Shown here in pieces: positions 40,599 through 50,791 of a stretch of DNA of 64,000 nucleotides (its first letter is position 1; each line of letters starts with the position of its first letter). This DNA comes from Thalassobaculaceae bacterium. GTDB taxonomy: Bacteria; Pseudomonadota; Alphaproteobacteria; Thalassobaculales; Thalassobaculaceae. The DNA lies in assembly GCA_965228875.1 (NCBI GenBank), contig OZ245843.1, positions 3,082,616 through 3,146,615 on the forward strand, given 5' to 3'. The notes under the pieces were generated by a model. It was not told the DNA's origin, searched no databases, and saw only the letters and a list, made by a program, of their open reading frames with translations. The translations under genes were made by a program, and so were the position numbers.

Positions 40599-41555
40599 GT
40601 GGTGGATCCAGAACACCAGAGGCGCTGCGTCGTGATCGATCCCGCTGACTACGAAGCCCTAGCCACTGCCCTAGAATGCAATCCGGACTACCGCGTCCTA
40701 CGGCGGGTGGTCAGCCACGACGAGTTCGCCAAACCCGTGGGCGAGACAAAGATCGGCATCATCCTGGACACCGAAACTACCGGCCTGGATCCGCGGACCG
40801 ACCAGGTCATCGAGTTGGCCATGCTTGCCTTCGAGTACGACGGCCGGGATCAGGCCTGCCGCGTGGTCGACAGGTTTCAATCATTCGCAGACCCTGGGCG
40901 GCCAATTCTACCTGAGATCACTCATCTAACCGGCATTACGGACGAGATGGTGGCGGAGCAGTCCATCGACTTGGAAGTCGTGAAGCGCTTACTCGAACCT
41001 GCGGTCATCGTCATTGCCCATAATGCAGCATTCGATCGACAGTTCGCGGAACGTCTCCATCCCAACTTCGCCAACAAGGGCTGGGCGTGCTCCTTGGCCG
41101 AGATCCCATGGGCCGGGGCGGGTATCGGCAGCGCAAAGCTCGACTACCTCGCCATGTGCTTCGGGATGTTTCACGACGGCCACCGAGCGATAGCCGATTG
41201 CGAAACGCTGCTCGAGATCTTAGCTCAGCCGTTCCCGACAACACAGGAGCCAACGCTCAAAGTGCTTCTCGACGCCGCTCGGCAGCCGACCTATCGGGTG
41301 TGGGCGCTCGATAGCCCATTTGACCTCAAGGACCAGCTGAAGACCCGCGGATATCGGTGGAACGACGGATCCGACGGAAATCCGAAAGCCTGGCACCGGG
41401 ACGTCCCCGAAGCCGATCTCGACGCAGAAAAGGCCTACCTCCAGACAGAGATCTACTCAGGTCCGTTCAAACCCCACTGCGTGCGGATCACGGCCCTAAC
41501 ACGCTTCTCGGACAGGACCGGAGAGGCCGACCGATCAGAGTCAGCCTTCTCCTGA
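40599..41555 (+). CDS. DEDDh 3'-5' exonuclease (DnaQ-like)
   Basis: LDTETTG, AHNAAFD, HRAIADC; C-terminal KDQLKTRGYRW. Confidence 0.92.
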   Translation: MVDPEHQRRCVVIDPADYEALATALECNPDYRVLRRVVSHDEFAKPVGETKIGIILDTETTGLDPRTDQVIELAMLAFEYDGRDQACRVVDRFQSFADPGRPILPEITHLTGITDEMVAEQSIDLEVVKRLLEPAVIVIAHNAAFDRQFAERLHPNFANKGWACSLAEIPWAGAGIGSAKLDYLAMCFGMFHDGHRAIADCETLLEILAQPFPTTQEPTLKVLLDAARQPTYRVWALDSPFDLKDQLKTRGYRWNDGSDGNPKAWHRDVPEADLDAEKAYLQTEIYSGPFKPHCVRITALTRFSDRTGEADRSESAFS

Positions 41556-41876
41556 TCAATGCCAGCCGGTTCCTGGCAACCGATATTCGACCCCTACGGT
41601 CTGGCCTCGATAAACGGCGCTTGCCCGGACCTGACACCCCGTAAGGTGCTTCATATTTAACGACCGCTAGGCGCTCGAGCGGTCGATTGGAGCGGAAACT
41701 CCATTATCATGGTACCCCTTTCCCGAGATAGTTCAACTGCTCCTGCAAGACGAGCCCTGCACCAGCCCGAACGCTCACCCCAGACGATCTGGCCGAACAA
41801 TCTGTTGGCCAGCCACCGTAAGAGCGCTGGCGACACAGACGACGAGAAGCCATCTCATCTGGACACCTGATGCGAG

Positions 41877-42233
41877 ATGCGAACCATGCCGACTGGACCG
41901 CGCTATCTGATCGACGAACCGAGCGCGTTCGCTTCCCAGGAGGAGTGGGTCGACTTCGAGTCAGGGCTGGCGCATCTCGACCAGGATGATGTCGCGGTCC
42001 ATTGGGCTTACCAAAGCGTCGCCGATTTCTGGGCCGACGAATGGAACCCCGACACGATAGACTTCCAGCGTCGAGCCCGCGAGGAACAGCCGTCTGGACG
42101 TCATCACATTCAATGGCGGCCATTGACGGCTTATGCTCCTTTCGGGTTCGAGGACACCCTGAACTGTAAGGTGACGCGCAACTGGTCGCCTGGAACGACA
42201 AGGCCATTCGTCCTGACTAGCGATGCAGCCTAG
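41877..42233 (+). CDS. Hypothetical protein
   Basis: 118-aa acidic ORF; no family recognised. Confidence 0.45.
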   Translation: MRTMPTGPRYLIDEPSAFASQEEWVDFESGLAHLDQDDVAVHWAYQSVADFWADEWNPDTIDFQRRAREEQPSGRHHIQWRPLTAYAPFGFEDTLNCKVTRNWSPGTTRPFVLTSDAA

Positions 42234-42331
42234 ATGTCGAACGGAGCTCGACTGCTAAATTTTCGTTGAGCAAGGGGCGGTATCCGGGCCATTGGGAGGG
42301 CTTCTTGGCTGGTTTTGTATCGGGCACCTGG

Positions 42332-42733
42332 GTGCGGTACGCTGTTGTCGCGGTTTTGCTCGCGGCATTGCTTCGGCCGGACTCTTCCCTCGCCAACGTC
42401 TATCGTTGCAACGTCATAGCAGTGCAGCAGCTTACAGAAGCTGGCGTGCTGGGTGAGACGGGTTGGGCCAAAAAACTCCTGCAAAGGTACCGGTCTATTA
42501 TCTGGGACGATGTGACGGGTCTGCTTCGAGGCGGCCCGACCGAAGCTCCGACGACGTTTGATTTCATTCAGCGAGGGAACCGGGATAATTCAACCATCGC
42601 CATTTTCATCAAACGCGGTTCGGCCTCGACGTATGTCTCCTTGTTCAGGTTAGAGACCTATGACCCGGCCTTGCCTTTCATGCTGACGGAGAACAACACC
42701 GTCTTTTCAGGGAACTGCGAACAGCTGGGCTAG
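42332..42733 (+). CDS. Putative secreted hypothetical protein
   Basis: Signal-peptide-like start MRYAVVAVLLAALL; N- and C-terminal Cys. Confidence 0.5.
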   Translation: MRYAVVAVLLAALLRPDSSLANVYRCNVIAVQQLTEAGVLGETGWAKKLLQRYRSIIWDDVTGLLRGGPTEAPTTFDFIQRGNRDNSTIAIFIKRGSASTYVSLFRLETYDPALPFMLTENNTVFSGNCEQLG

Positions 42734-42899
42734 GGCCGAGCGAGCAACCGCAAGGCGAGCAATCAGTTCGATAGCGGGGATCGCGAAATGCGCATTCATT
42801 AATGAGGAAAAATACAATTATTTATAACGATCCGGTGGTACTCTCGGCCGAGGGTGAATTTTGGATCCTCCGAGAACCGAACGCCATGGAGGCCACACC

Positions 42900-43862
42900 A
42901 TGCGTATCGTGATGATGGTATTGGCGCTTACAACGTTGGCATTTACCTCCGCCAACGCCGAGCGCATCCGGATCGCCACCTGGAACATTGAACATCTCAG
43001 AGCCGAGAACGGCAGCGGCAGCGTCCCACGCGAAGACGCTGATTATCAGGCCCTGGCAGCACTCGCGTCCGAACTCGATGCGGATGTGATCGCGCTGCAG
43101 GAGGTCGATGGTCCCGAAGCTGCTGCCAGGGTCTTCGACCCGACGCAGTATGAGTTCTTCTTCTCCGATCGCCCCCACGTCCAGCGAACCGGCTTCGCCG
43201 TACGTCGAGGCATCCCCGTAACATCCGACCTGGATTACGTTGCATTGGAACTCGATGGCTCTGTGCGCCGCGGGACCGACATCACAATCGAAGTCGCCGG
43301 AAACGCGCTGCGCCTGATGTCTGTTCACTTGAAGAGCAGTTGCTTTCACGGAGATCTGGACCGCAACCATGACTGCCGCAAGCTGAAGCAGCAGATACCC
43401 GTGGTCGAGACCTGGATCGACGAGCGGACGGCCGAGGAAGTGCCCTTCGTTTTGCTGGGCGACTTCAACTGGCGGTTTGACACCGACGGCGACGTCATTA
43501 TGCCGGACTGGAATGATAGCGGACCCGAGGGCTTGATGCTGTCTCGGATGACACAGGGACGCCGGAGCGGGTGCCTCGGAGGGCGGTACCCTGACTATAT
43601 CGACCACATCATCCTGGATGAGCAGGCTGCGGTTTGGTTGGTGCCGGACAGCTTCCTCCAGGTCGATATCACCGAGGCTGACGAGGACCGCTTCAAGCTA
43701 TCCGACCACTGCCCGATTGCAGTCGATCTGGAGATCACCGCGTCGAATGAGGATCCCGCATTGCGAGTCCGCACCCTGTTCGACGAGATTCGCGAGTTGG
43801 TGAAGCAGACGAACAACAAGATGGACGAGCTCGAAAAGCTAATTCCGCTGCTGCCGCGCTAA
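42900..43862 (+). CDS. Secreted endonuclease/exonuclease/phosphatase (EEP) protein
   Basis: Signal peptide, ATWNIE, LQEV, VHLKS, GDFN, IDHI, SDHCP. Confidence 0.92.
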   Translation: MRIVMMVLALTTLAFTSANAERIRIATWNIEHLRAENGSGSVPREDADYQALAALASELDADVIALQEVDGPEAAARVFDPTQYEFFFSDRPHVQRTGFAVRRGIPVTSDLDYVALELDGSVRRGTDITIEVAGNALRLMSVHLKSSCFHGDLDRNHDCRKLKQQIPVVETWIDERTAEEVPFVLLGDFNWRFDTDGDVIMPDWNDSGPEGLMLSRMTQGRRSGCLGGRYPDYIDHIILDEQAAVWLVPDSFLQVDITEADEDRFKLSDHCPIAVDLEITASNEDPALRVRTLFDEIRELVKQTNNKMDELEKLIPLLPR

Positions 43863-44171
43863 GACATTTCAGTGACTGCATACGCCATCAGAGCCGAGGT
43901 TCCCTCGGAGACTGATGGCATAAGCAGTCCTGCAATCAAGAATGATGATAAAATGAAACCGCCGCCATCCGGAGACCGTCAGTGATTCTGGTCGCTCGAG
44001 ACCTATATTCTGACAGGTCGAGCGAAGGCGGTTCGCTCATCCCACAGACCCCGCGCAAAAGTCGGGGCCATGACCCCGAACGCAACCAAGGGGCTCCGGG
44101 AGGCTGCGCCCTACAGGGATTAAAGAATCTAGTGAGTTGCCGCTCTAACCCCTCCCGCAGGCGTTCACGCA

Positions 44172-44763
44172 ATGGGTAGGTACATCGGAATTGATGTCTC
44201 CACGGGCCGCCTTGACGTTTGCGTCTGGCCAACAAATGAGCTCAGGACCTTCAACAACGCTTCCTCCGGCGTCGCGGCGTTCGCAGGCTTCGCTCGGAGC
44301 ATATCCCCCGACCTTGTAGTGTTTAAGCATACCGGGCGGCTGTGTCGTGATCTGATCGAAAGCCTGATCGACCAAGACATTCCTGCAGTCTTGGTCGATT
44401 CCCATAAGGTGCGAGTGCTCGCAACTGTCATCGGGAGAGAAGCGAAAACAGACTCGCTCGATTTGCCTCTCTGATCCGTCCGGCCTTGTCTCGATCCACG
44501 ACCGCGGCCGAGTACGAGTCGAGAGACCTAGTCAATAGGCGGATGCAGTTGGTGGGAGAGCGCCGAAGGGAAGCTACCCGAAGTACACAGCTTCAGGGCG
44601 TGTTCTTTTGGACGGGATCGAGCGCCACATTGCTTGGCTGAAAGCAGAAATCGCGCGAACAGATGCAGAGACAGATAATCGGATATCCGGGCAAATTGTA
44701 AAGGCGTGGAGGGTCTCGCCGAACGTTAACTCGAGCCGGTATCGCACGATGCTACGGCGGTGA
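44172..44763 (+). pseudogene. IS110-family recombinase remnant
   Basis: IGIDVS...AKTDSLD then a stop; shifted frames continue DLVNRRMQLV and IERHIAWLKAEI. Confidence 0.8.
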
Positions 44764-44905
44764 AACGGCTGGCAACGCGTCGCTCGACTTTGGTGTGGCA
44801 CCGAACTGTGTACTCGCGCTTGAGATTGGTCCTGGCTAGGTTTCACTAGTCACCCGAACATCTGACGGTAAAAGATTATCGTTCGCGCCAGGAAGGTTAC
44901 CCGCC

Positions 44906-45619
44906 ATGGAAACGAATGAATTAATCACGATAATAACAGACTATATTGAATTCTATATATCCATTCTGACGGTCAACAATCCCTCTATATCAATATTACA
45001 AAATGAAATATCAAATGAACTTGTGTCATATTTTATTGTTGGTTTATTAATATCATATTTTATCAAAAAGGGCCTATCGCGGACAAACGAATCAAATTGG
45101 CACCTCCATGCAGATAACAAGGACACTTACCTCGCAAAAGCTAGCATAGGGTCGTTTTACATATTACCACTATTTTACGTTATTATAATTATAATTGACA
45201 AAAACAGAACTTTTGATCGTATTAATTTTATTGCTTTGGTGAATTCATTCTTAATGTTAGCAGCATTTTCACTACCTATTGATCCTATTTTTTCACGATC
45301 ACTTGTAAACTTCAGGCGTATGTTGCCTTATGTATCTCGACTCTCGAAAGTCGGCTCGCGGAGATCAATCAATGGCAACCCAATGAAAATATGGATCCAG
45401 ATTCACGCCGTTATTGTCACACTAAAAATTTTACAATTGTTCATTTTACAAGGTGTTTTAGCAATTATGATTATCTTATATCAATTTTATATTATTAATA
45501 TAGTTCTTTTAGATAGCTACATTAATATAGTTCTTGCATACTTTATTTCAATACTAATTTTAGCGATACTAGGAAGCAAAGATTTTGGATTCAAACAGAT
45601 AAGGCGTATATTTAATTAG
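44906..45619 (+). CDS. Very AT-rich multi-pass membrane protein
   Basis: 237 aa, Ile/Leu/Phe-rich with several TM segments; AT content far above surroundings. Confidence 0.65.
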   Translation: METNELITIITDYIEFYISILTVNNPSISILQNEISNELVSYFIVGLLISYFIKKGLSRTNESNWHLHADNKDTYLAKASIGSFYILPLFYVIIIIIDKNRTFDRINFIALVNSFLMLAAFSLPIDPIFSRSLVNFRRMLPYVSRLSKVGSRRSINGNPMKIWIQIHAVIVTLKILQLFILQGVLAIMIILYQFYIINIVLLDSYINIVLAYFISILILAILGSKDFGFKQIRRIFN

Positions 45620-45711
45620 ATATTATTTTAAAATCGCATAAAATTCATGAAATCATGTATCTCCGCTTTAATGAGGATCTGAAGTTATTCTCGATATCAA
45701 TTCTCGCGACG

Positions 45712-45834
45712 CCGCCAGCAGACTAACCGGTGGCCGCGCCTGACTACGCTCAGCAGCGCAGCGAGGCTGCCAAGCGGATCCGGCTTGGGCGGGTAGCTAC
45801 GAGGAAGCGGTCGCGCAGGAAAGCATCTTCGTAG
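45712..45834 (+). pseudogene. mucR: MucR/Ros C-terminal fragment with in-frame stop
   Basis: Translates PPAD*PVAAPDYAQQRSEAAKRIRLGR, matching the MucR tail LPADYPMVAPNYAxxRSxLAKxxGLG. Confidence 0.7.
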
Positions 45835-45876
45835 AAGACCTCCGAGGGCTCGGGAACGCTATCCATCCGGCTACTT

Positions 45877-46620
45877 CTACCACCTCGGCTCAGGCCGGTA
45901 GGCCACCTGAGCCACGATCTTGGTCGCATCGCCTCGACCGCCGTAGGTCCCGATCTCCTCCCCCGGTTCGTCGTCTGAAACCAATTGCACCCGATCCAGG
46001 CGCCATCTCTTCTCCGGCGTCGGCGTTAGACGATAGGTCCGTCCGTTGCTGCAACAGTACCAGTTCGGCGACTTGCGGATCTGAGTCCACTTGCAGTCCG
46101 CACCGGATAGCAGGCGCTGCTCCTTCGCGTTCTGCTCCTCAGCCCGCATTCGCTCGTACCGCTCCCGCTGCTCACGGCGCAGCCGATCTTCCTCGGCCTC
46201 GACGAACTCCTGTAAAGCTCCAACGATCGCGGGAAGCTCTGTGCCCTCCGCCTTCTCCCGTTGATATAGTGCCAGACATCCGGCCTTGAGCTCTTCCCGG
46301 GGGAAGCTAAAGCTGTCTTCTTCCTCCAGTGCCCTGAGACGCTGGGCAACGTCGGTAGACGTCAGAACCGGTCCCGGCATTGTATTCAGGAAATCACGCA
46401 GATCCTCGTTCGGCACCCAGCACCCAATCGCCGACTTGATCAGAAGCTCGCGCTGACCGTCCCACTTCTGCCAGATCGCATTCGCCCGATCGATCCGAGC
46501 GACAATGTTCCGCGCGAGGACCGAGACGGAATTCGGATCGCGGATATGACGGAGCGAAGGGCTCTTCACATAGTCGAACAGCAGGTCTTTGACTGCCCAA
46601 ACGCGTTCATCTTCTCGCAT
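45877..46620 (-). CDS. Hypothetical protein
   Basis: 247-aa ORF with protein-like composition. Confidence 0.7.
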   Translation of the reverse strand: MREDERVWAVKDLLFDYVKSPSLRHIRDPNSVSVLARNIVARIDRANAIWQKWDGQRELLIKSAIGCWVPNEDLRDFLNTMPGPVLTSTDVAQRLRALEEEDSFSFPREELKAGCLALYQREKAEGTELPAIVGALQEFVEAEEDRLRREQRERYERMRAEEQNAKEQRLLSGADCKWTQIRKSPNWYCCSNGRTYRLTPTPEKRWRLDRVQLVSDDEPGEEIGTYGGRGDATKIVAQVAYRPEPRW

Positions 46621-46702
46621 ATTGATTGCCCGATTATATGACTATGATATGGACACCTCGTGGCTATAGCCCATTTCCGGTATTTGCTGCCACGAGAAGA
46701 CC

Positions 46703-47350
46703 ATGAAAGATGCTCTAGACAAAGCTGAAGCTTATCTGAACAGAGTTGGGCTGCTCGATGCTCCGGGCGCGGTTTTGTACTCGTCGGAAGCGACTCTGCG
46801 GTCCGGCCCCGTATATCTTCTGGGCCTCAACCCTGGCGGTACTGAAGATTTAACGCTGCGGGCTTCAATTATTCGATCTCGCGCAGGGCACAACGCATAC
46901 CTGGATGAGGAGTGGGCGCCGGGCGGCCATCCGCAACCTCGTGGGCAAGCGACACTTCAGAGACGCGTGCAGGATTTATGCGCATTGATGAAGCTGCCCA
47001 CGCGAGACGTACCAGCCTCCAATCTCGTCTTCACGCGATCAGTTCGGTTGGATACGCACTTCGACTTCTCGTCGCATCTTCGGCTCTGTTTGCCGGTTCA
47101 TCAGATCTTTCTCAACGCGATCCGGCCCACTTTTCTTATGACGTTTGGCTCAATCGACAGGTTTCGGGAAGCCTCCACAATTGAAGCCATGGAGAGCCGT
47201 TCAGCTAACCACGGAGCATGGAAGGCACATCGAGGAAAAGCAACGATCGGCGATAGGGAACTTGCGTTTGGCAACGTGCCTCATCTCTCGCTTTGGGCAA
47301 GCGACAAGCGGCATGATGTCCTTCAATGGGTCCTCAAGGATCTCTGGTAA
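46703..47350 (+). CDS. Uracil-DNA-glycosylase-superfamily-like protein
   Basis: YLLGLNPGG (motif A-like), SNLVFTRS, VPHLS (motif B-like). Confidence 0.6.
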   Translation: MKDALDKAEAYLNRVGLLDAPGAVLYSSEATLRSGPVYLLGLNPGGTEDLTLRASIIRSRAGHNAYLDEEWAPGGHPQPRGQATLQRRVQDLCALMKLPTRDVPASNLVFTRSVRLDTHFDFSSHLRLCLPVHQIFLNAIRPTFLMTFGSIDRFREASTIEAMESRSANHGAWKAHRGKATIGDRELAFGNVPHLSLWASDKRHDVLQWVLKDLW

Positions 47351-47406
47351 CCAAGACACAGCACATGGCTAATCAGACCGACATCCTCGCCGGATGATCT
47401 GACAAG

Positions 47407-49785
47407 TTAGCGACGGACAGAGGTTGAGTGGACAAACCTGCTCCAAATTGGGAGCGCGATTTCAGAGAGACCGGGTCGCGCTTCGGCCGTCTCAACAAGC
47501 CTTTGAAGTTCTCCATGCACCGCCGCGGGATGTACCGCCCAATCGTGCATAGCCCGAATAGCAGCCCGAGTGCGCTCCTCCGCGTCTCGGATCGAGCTAA
47601 GCTCTCGGATCTGCACCAAGCCTTCGGCGATGAATACACGATCATCCAGCATTCGCTGATGAACCCACCGCACCTCTTCCTGCTCCGAGGCCGACAAGGC
47701 GTCCAATTTGGCATCGAGCAACCGAAGCTTTCGCAGCAATGCTTCCTCGGCCGCTGAAATGAATGCGACTGAAACCTGGTCAAGGCGTGAGATCCATTCC
47801 TGACCAAACATCTGGGTCAGTTTGCCTCGCACCGTACCGGTGCCGAAAAGAGCGAGCACACCACCAACGCCACCGAATACGACGGCACCGGCTGGACCGA
47901 ACAAGACAAGGCCAAGAGCTTTTCCAGACAGCCCCCCAGCAACCGAGAGCGATCCTCGGATCGCACCATCGAGGGCAATCTCGAATGGCAGATCCGTCAA
48001 TTCAATGGAGCCCTTCCACCAGCCATGCAGGTGTCGCGCAGCCGAGACCGCCACGGCGAAAATCGGGACATCCAGGTCCATTACCTCGGCGCCACCATCA
48101 AGACTTCGATCCAGCAACGTGTCCACGGTGCGGTAGTCAAAGCCATCAACAAAGTGGACCTTGCCCGCCCAAAGAGCACCAGACGATGCTACTTCCTCCG
48201 CCAGATCTCGATTGGCGTATACAGAGATATCTGGGTACCTTTCGAAGTGCTCGGCCAAGCCATCAATATCAAGCAGGCATTTGACCTGAAAGTGCTGGTC
48301 ATCGACTAGGAGGTCGAATCCCGGGTTATTGGCAGCCTCGGGTGTGGAGACGATATGCCCCTTCTCAAGCAAGCGAGCAGCAACGATTTGCTCAGCAATG
48401 TATCCCCGAAGATTGTTCTCCGCGCCGGTCAGCGCATGCCCCGCAAGGTCACCTACGTCTTCAGCAAATGCACCAAACCGGAACACGTCCCCTATATCAG
48501 CTGTCCGCGCGAAATCCGCCGCCACGACTACCTGTGGGTCGATCGATGCCGCCGAGTAGATGACTTCCCCCAAAGTCAAAGCACCGACGGCACCAACCTC
48601 AGCAGCGCTACCACCGTGGTAGGGAAAAAGCAGACCCTCCAAATTGGATCGCTCGATCCCGGTTGCGCCTTTCGCAAGTTCTCCAGGGGGTAGACCGGCC
48701 AATTCGGGTAACGAAGAACCGAACTCGGCCCTGATTGCCTGGATGCGAGATTGCAAGGTCGCTGATGACGTGTCCGGCCACGGCACATCGAGGGATCGAA
48801 AATCACTCATGACCGCTCCCAGTGCCTCCCGGTCACCGGAGAGCCCACGCAATGCAAGCATCACGGCCAGACCGGCCGCTAACCTTCCTCGCACACCCTG
48901 TTCGAGCTTTCTTTTCGCGAACCACCCGCCTCCCAAGATCGCCGGAACGGCAAACAGCGGGTTGGCGAGGACAAAAAGCGCCGATACCGCGGCCTTACCG
49001 CCTATGAGAGGCAGGAAGGCAGATGCCTGGGCCGCCAAGATGTAGGCACCGAACCCCGCGAGTTCCACGGCGACGCCAATTCCGGCCAAAGCGCCGCTTC
49101 CAGCAAGAAGGCTGATAATGGCAGCGTCGCCTTGCTTAACAGCCTGGGACTCGGCCTCCGTCCGCACTTCTGGAGACAGTTCGCTGACTCTCGCTTTGAA
49201 TTGCTTGGTGACGAGGGCGCGTTGCTCTTCGTCGAGTTCGCCTTTCTGCAATGCTTGAGCGATCAGACGACCTGCCTGCGCGGCCACTACGGCTGAGAAC
49301 TGAGGCCTATCTCCAAGGCCAAACGCTCGCTGGGCAACATCAGACGCTTGTCTAACTTGGTCGCGCCAGTCCTGAGCAGGTGCGATCTCGCGTTCCACCG
49401 TACCAGCCAAGCGGTCAGCAACTGCCGCGGCCAACTCAGCAGTCCCAACCGAGGCAGAACGGAACGACAATGGGACAGGTGGTGAACAACCAAGCCCTTT
49501 GCACAATTCAGCCCAAAGCATTAGCCGGAGCGCGGCAGTTCCGATTCCCGAAGCGTCCAAAGCCGTAGCCGTAGCTTCCAGTCGGCGCTGGTATGCCGAC
49601 TTCGCGGTGTCAGTTTGCTGCGATGTAAAGGGGGTCAGGTCCTGAAACCGATCGACTGCCAACTTAAGCAAACTGGCGTCGCGGAAGTTTGCCAGGAATG
49701 AACACAATTCAGAACGGTCTATAGATCCAAGACCAGCCAGCATATGCCACGGATGCACAGAGGAATTACTGGAAGTTTCTGACAT
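47407..49785 (-). CDS. Large hypothetical protein with two Gly-zipper membrane regions and a PD-(D/E)xK-like segment
   Basis: GYIAEQIVA...NPGFDLLVD...QVK; hydrophobic GALAGIGVAV and LFGPAGAVVFGGVGG segments. Confidence 0.7.
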   Translation of the reverse strand: MSETSSNSSVHPWHMLAGLGSIDRSELCSFLANFRDASLLKLAVDRFQDLTPFTSQQTDTAKSAYQRRLEATATALDASGIGTAALRLMLWAELCKGLGCSPPVPLSFRSASVGTAELAAAVADRLAGTVEREIAPAQDWRDQVRQASDVAQRAFGLGDRPQFSAVVAAQAGRLIAQALQKGELDEEQRALVTKQFKARVSELSPEVRTEAESQAVKQGDAAIISLLAGSGALAGIGVAVELAGFGAYILAAQASAFLPLIGGKAAVSALFVLANPLFAVPAILGGGWFAKRKLEQGVRGRLAAGLAVMLALRGLSGDREALGAVMSDFRSLDVPWPDTSSATLQSRIQAIRAEFGSSLPELAGLPPGELAKGATGIERSNLEGLLFPYHGGSAAEVGAVGALTLGEVIYSAASIDPQVVVAADFARTADIGDVFRFGAFAEDVGDLAGHALTGAENNLRGYIAEQIVAARLLEKGHIVSTPEAANNPGFDLLVDDQHFQVKCLLDIDGLAEHFERYPDISVYANRDLAEEVASSGALWAGKVHFVDGFDYRTVDTLLDRSLDGGAEVMDLDVPIFAVAVSAARHLHGWWKGSIELTDLPFEIALDGAIRGSLSVAGGLSGKALGLVLFGPAGAVVFGGVGGVLALFGTGTVRGKLTQMFGQEWISRLDQVSVAFISAAEEALLRKLRLLDAKLDALSASEQEEVRWVHQRMLDDRVFIAEGLVQIRELSSIRDAEERTRAAIRAMHDWAVHPAAVHGELQRLVETAEARPGLSEIALPIWSRFVHSTSVRR

Positions 49786-49822
49786 CGGGAACCTTTTTAT
49801 TTATACTATATTTTATGCTCCA

Positions 49823-50749
49823 CTAGGCTTCGACGAAACGCTCGAACCGCTCGGCGAGCCGGTTCCTGTCCGGGTAGTCCCGATCGCGCTTCGGGAACCT
49901 GATCAGCTGACCCGCAAGCGCCTTGACTCCGTACTCGAACATCGGGCCGTCGTTCATTGTGAGTAGAGCGTCACTGACATGGATACGGAAGTCTGGATCG
50001 ACGCCAATGAGGTTCGCATCGAAAGCTGCATGATGGATCTTTGAGAGTGGGAGGCCATTTGGGACGATCGGTTGGCCAAGGCCTTCGTCCTTGTCCGCAA
50101 TGATATGAGCAGCATCGAGCAATCGCGGCTCGGGGAGCCCGGAAATGGCGCAACGGTTGCCGTAGGCGGACAGAACGGCCTCACGGAACATTGCCTGGTG
50201 CAAACGCTGCCGTACCAGCCTCAATCCGTATCGGCGCTCCGGCGCATCCGGCATCGCCCATTCCTTGGCAGCAGTCGCGGGCGCCCCAAAGGCCAAACGG
50301 ACCTTCAGGTCGGCGGCTGACCAGTCGGCCACATACGTCGGCCAGACCAGCGTGTACCGCTGAGGCGCGACCCCAAGGAAGTAAAGGATCGGGATCTGCG
50401 CTTCATAGGCCTCACGAAGCCAGCGGTTGTCTGCGGCGTTTGGGTCGTCGCCCATGAAGGCATAGTCCACGAGCTCGTCACCGCGCTCTATCTGTGTGTG
50501 CACAGTCCGCTGATCGTCGTACCAAACCCGGGCGCCGGTTCGTGGGAACACCGTCCGAACACTGAGCAGGTGCTGCATCGAAGCGGGCTTAAAGATACCA
50601 CGCTGCGGATTGATCAGCGGGACACGAACCCCGTCGATGTGGAAGCCAACCCGAAGATCGTTCCCCGTGATCACGCCGCCTGATGCGATCCGCCTCAGGT
50701 GCTCCACTGCAGCCAGTCTGATGCGCGACTCAGCGAAATTCTTGCTCAT
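49823..50749 (-). CDS. HNH endonuclease with SRA-like N-terminus (type IV restriction-like)
   Basis: QRLHQAMFREAVLSAYGNRCAIS, LDAAHI, NGLPLSKIHHAAFD; N-terminal DNRWLREAYEAQIPILYF. Confidence 0.85.
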   Translation of the reverse strand: MSKNFAESRIRLAAVEHLRRIASGGVITGNDLRVGFHIDGVRVPLINPQRGIFKPASMQHLLSVRTVFPRTGARVWYDDQRTVHTQIERGDELVDYAFMGDDPNAADNRWLREAYEAQIPILYFLGVAPQRYTLVWPTYVADWSAADLKVRLAFGAPATAAKEWAMPDAPERRYGLRLVRQRLHQAMFREAVLSAYGNRCAISGLPEPRLLDAAHIIADKDEGLGQPIVPNGLPLSKIHHAAFDANLIGVDPDFRIHVSDALLTMNDGPMFEYGVKALAGQLIRFPKRDRDYPDRNRLAERFERFVEA

Positions 50750-50791
50750 CTCACACCATCGAGCAGGTCGACACCCGCATGATCAAGCCGG

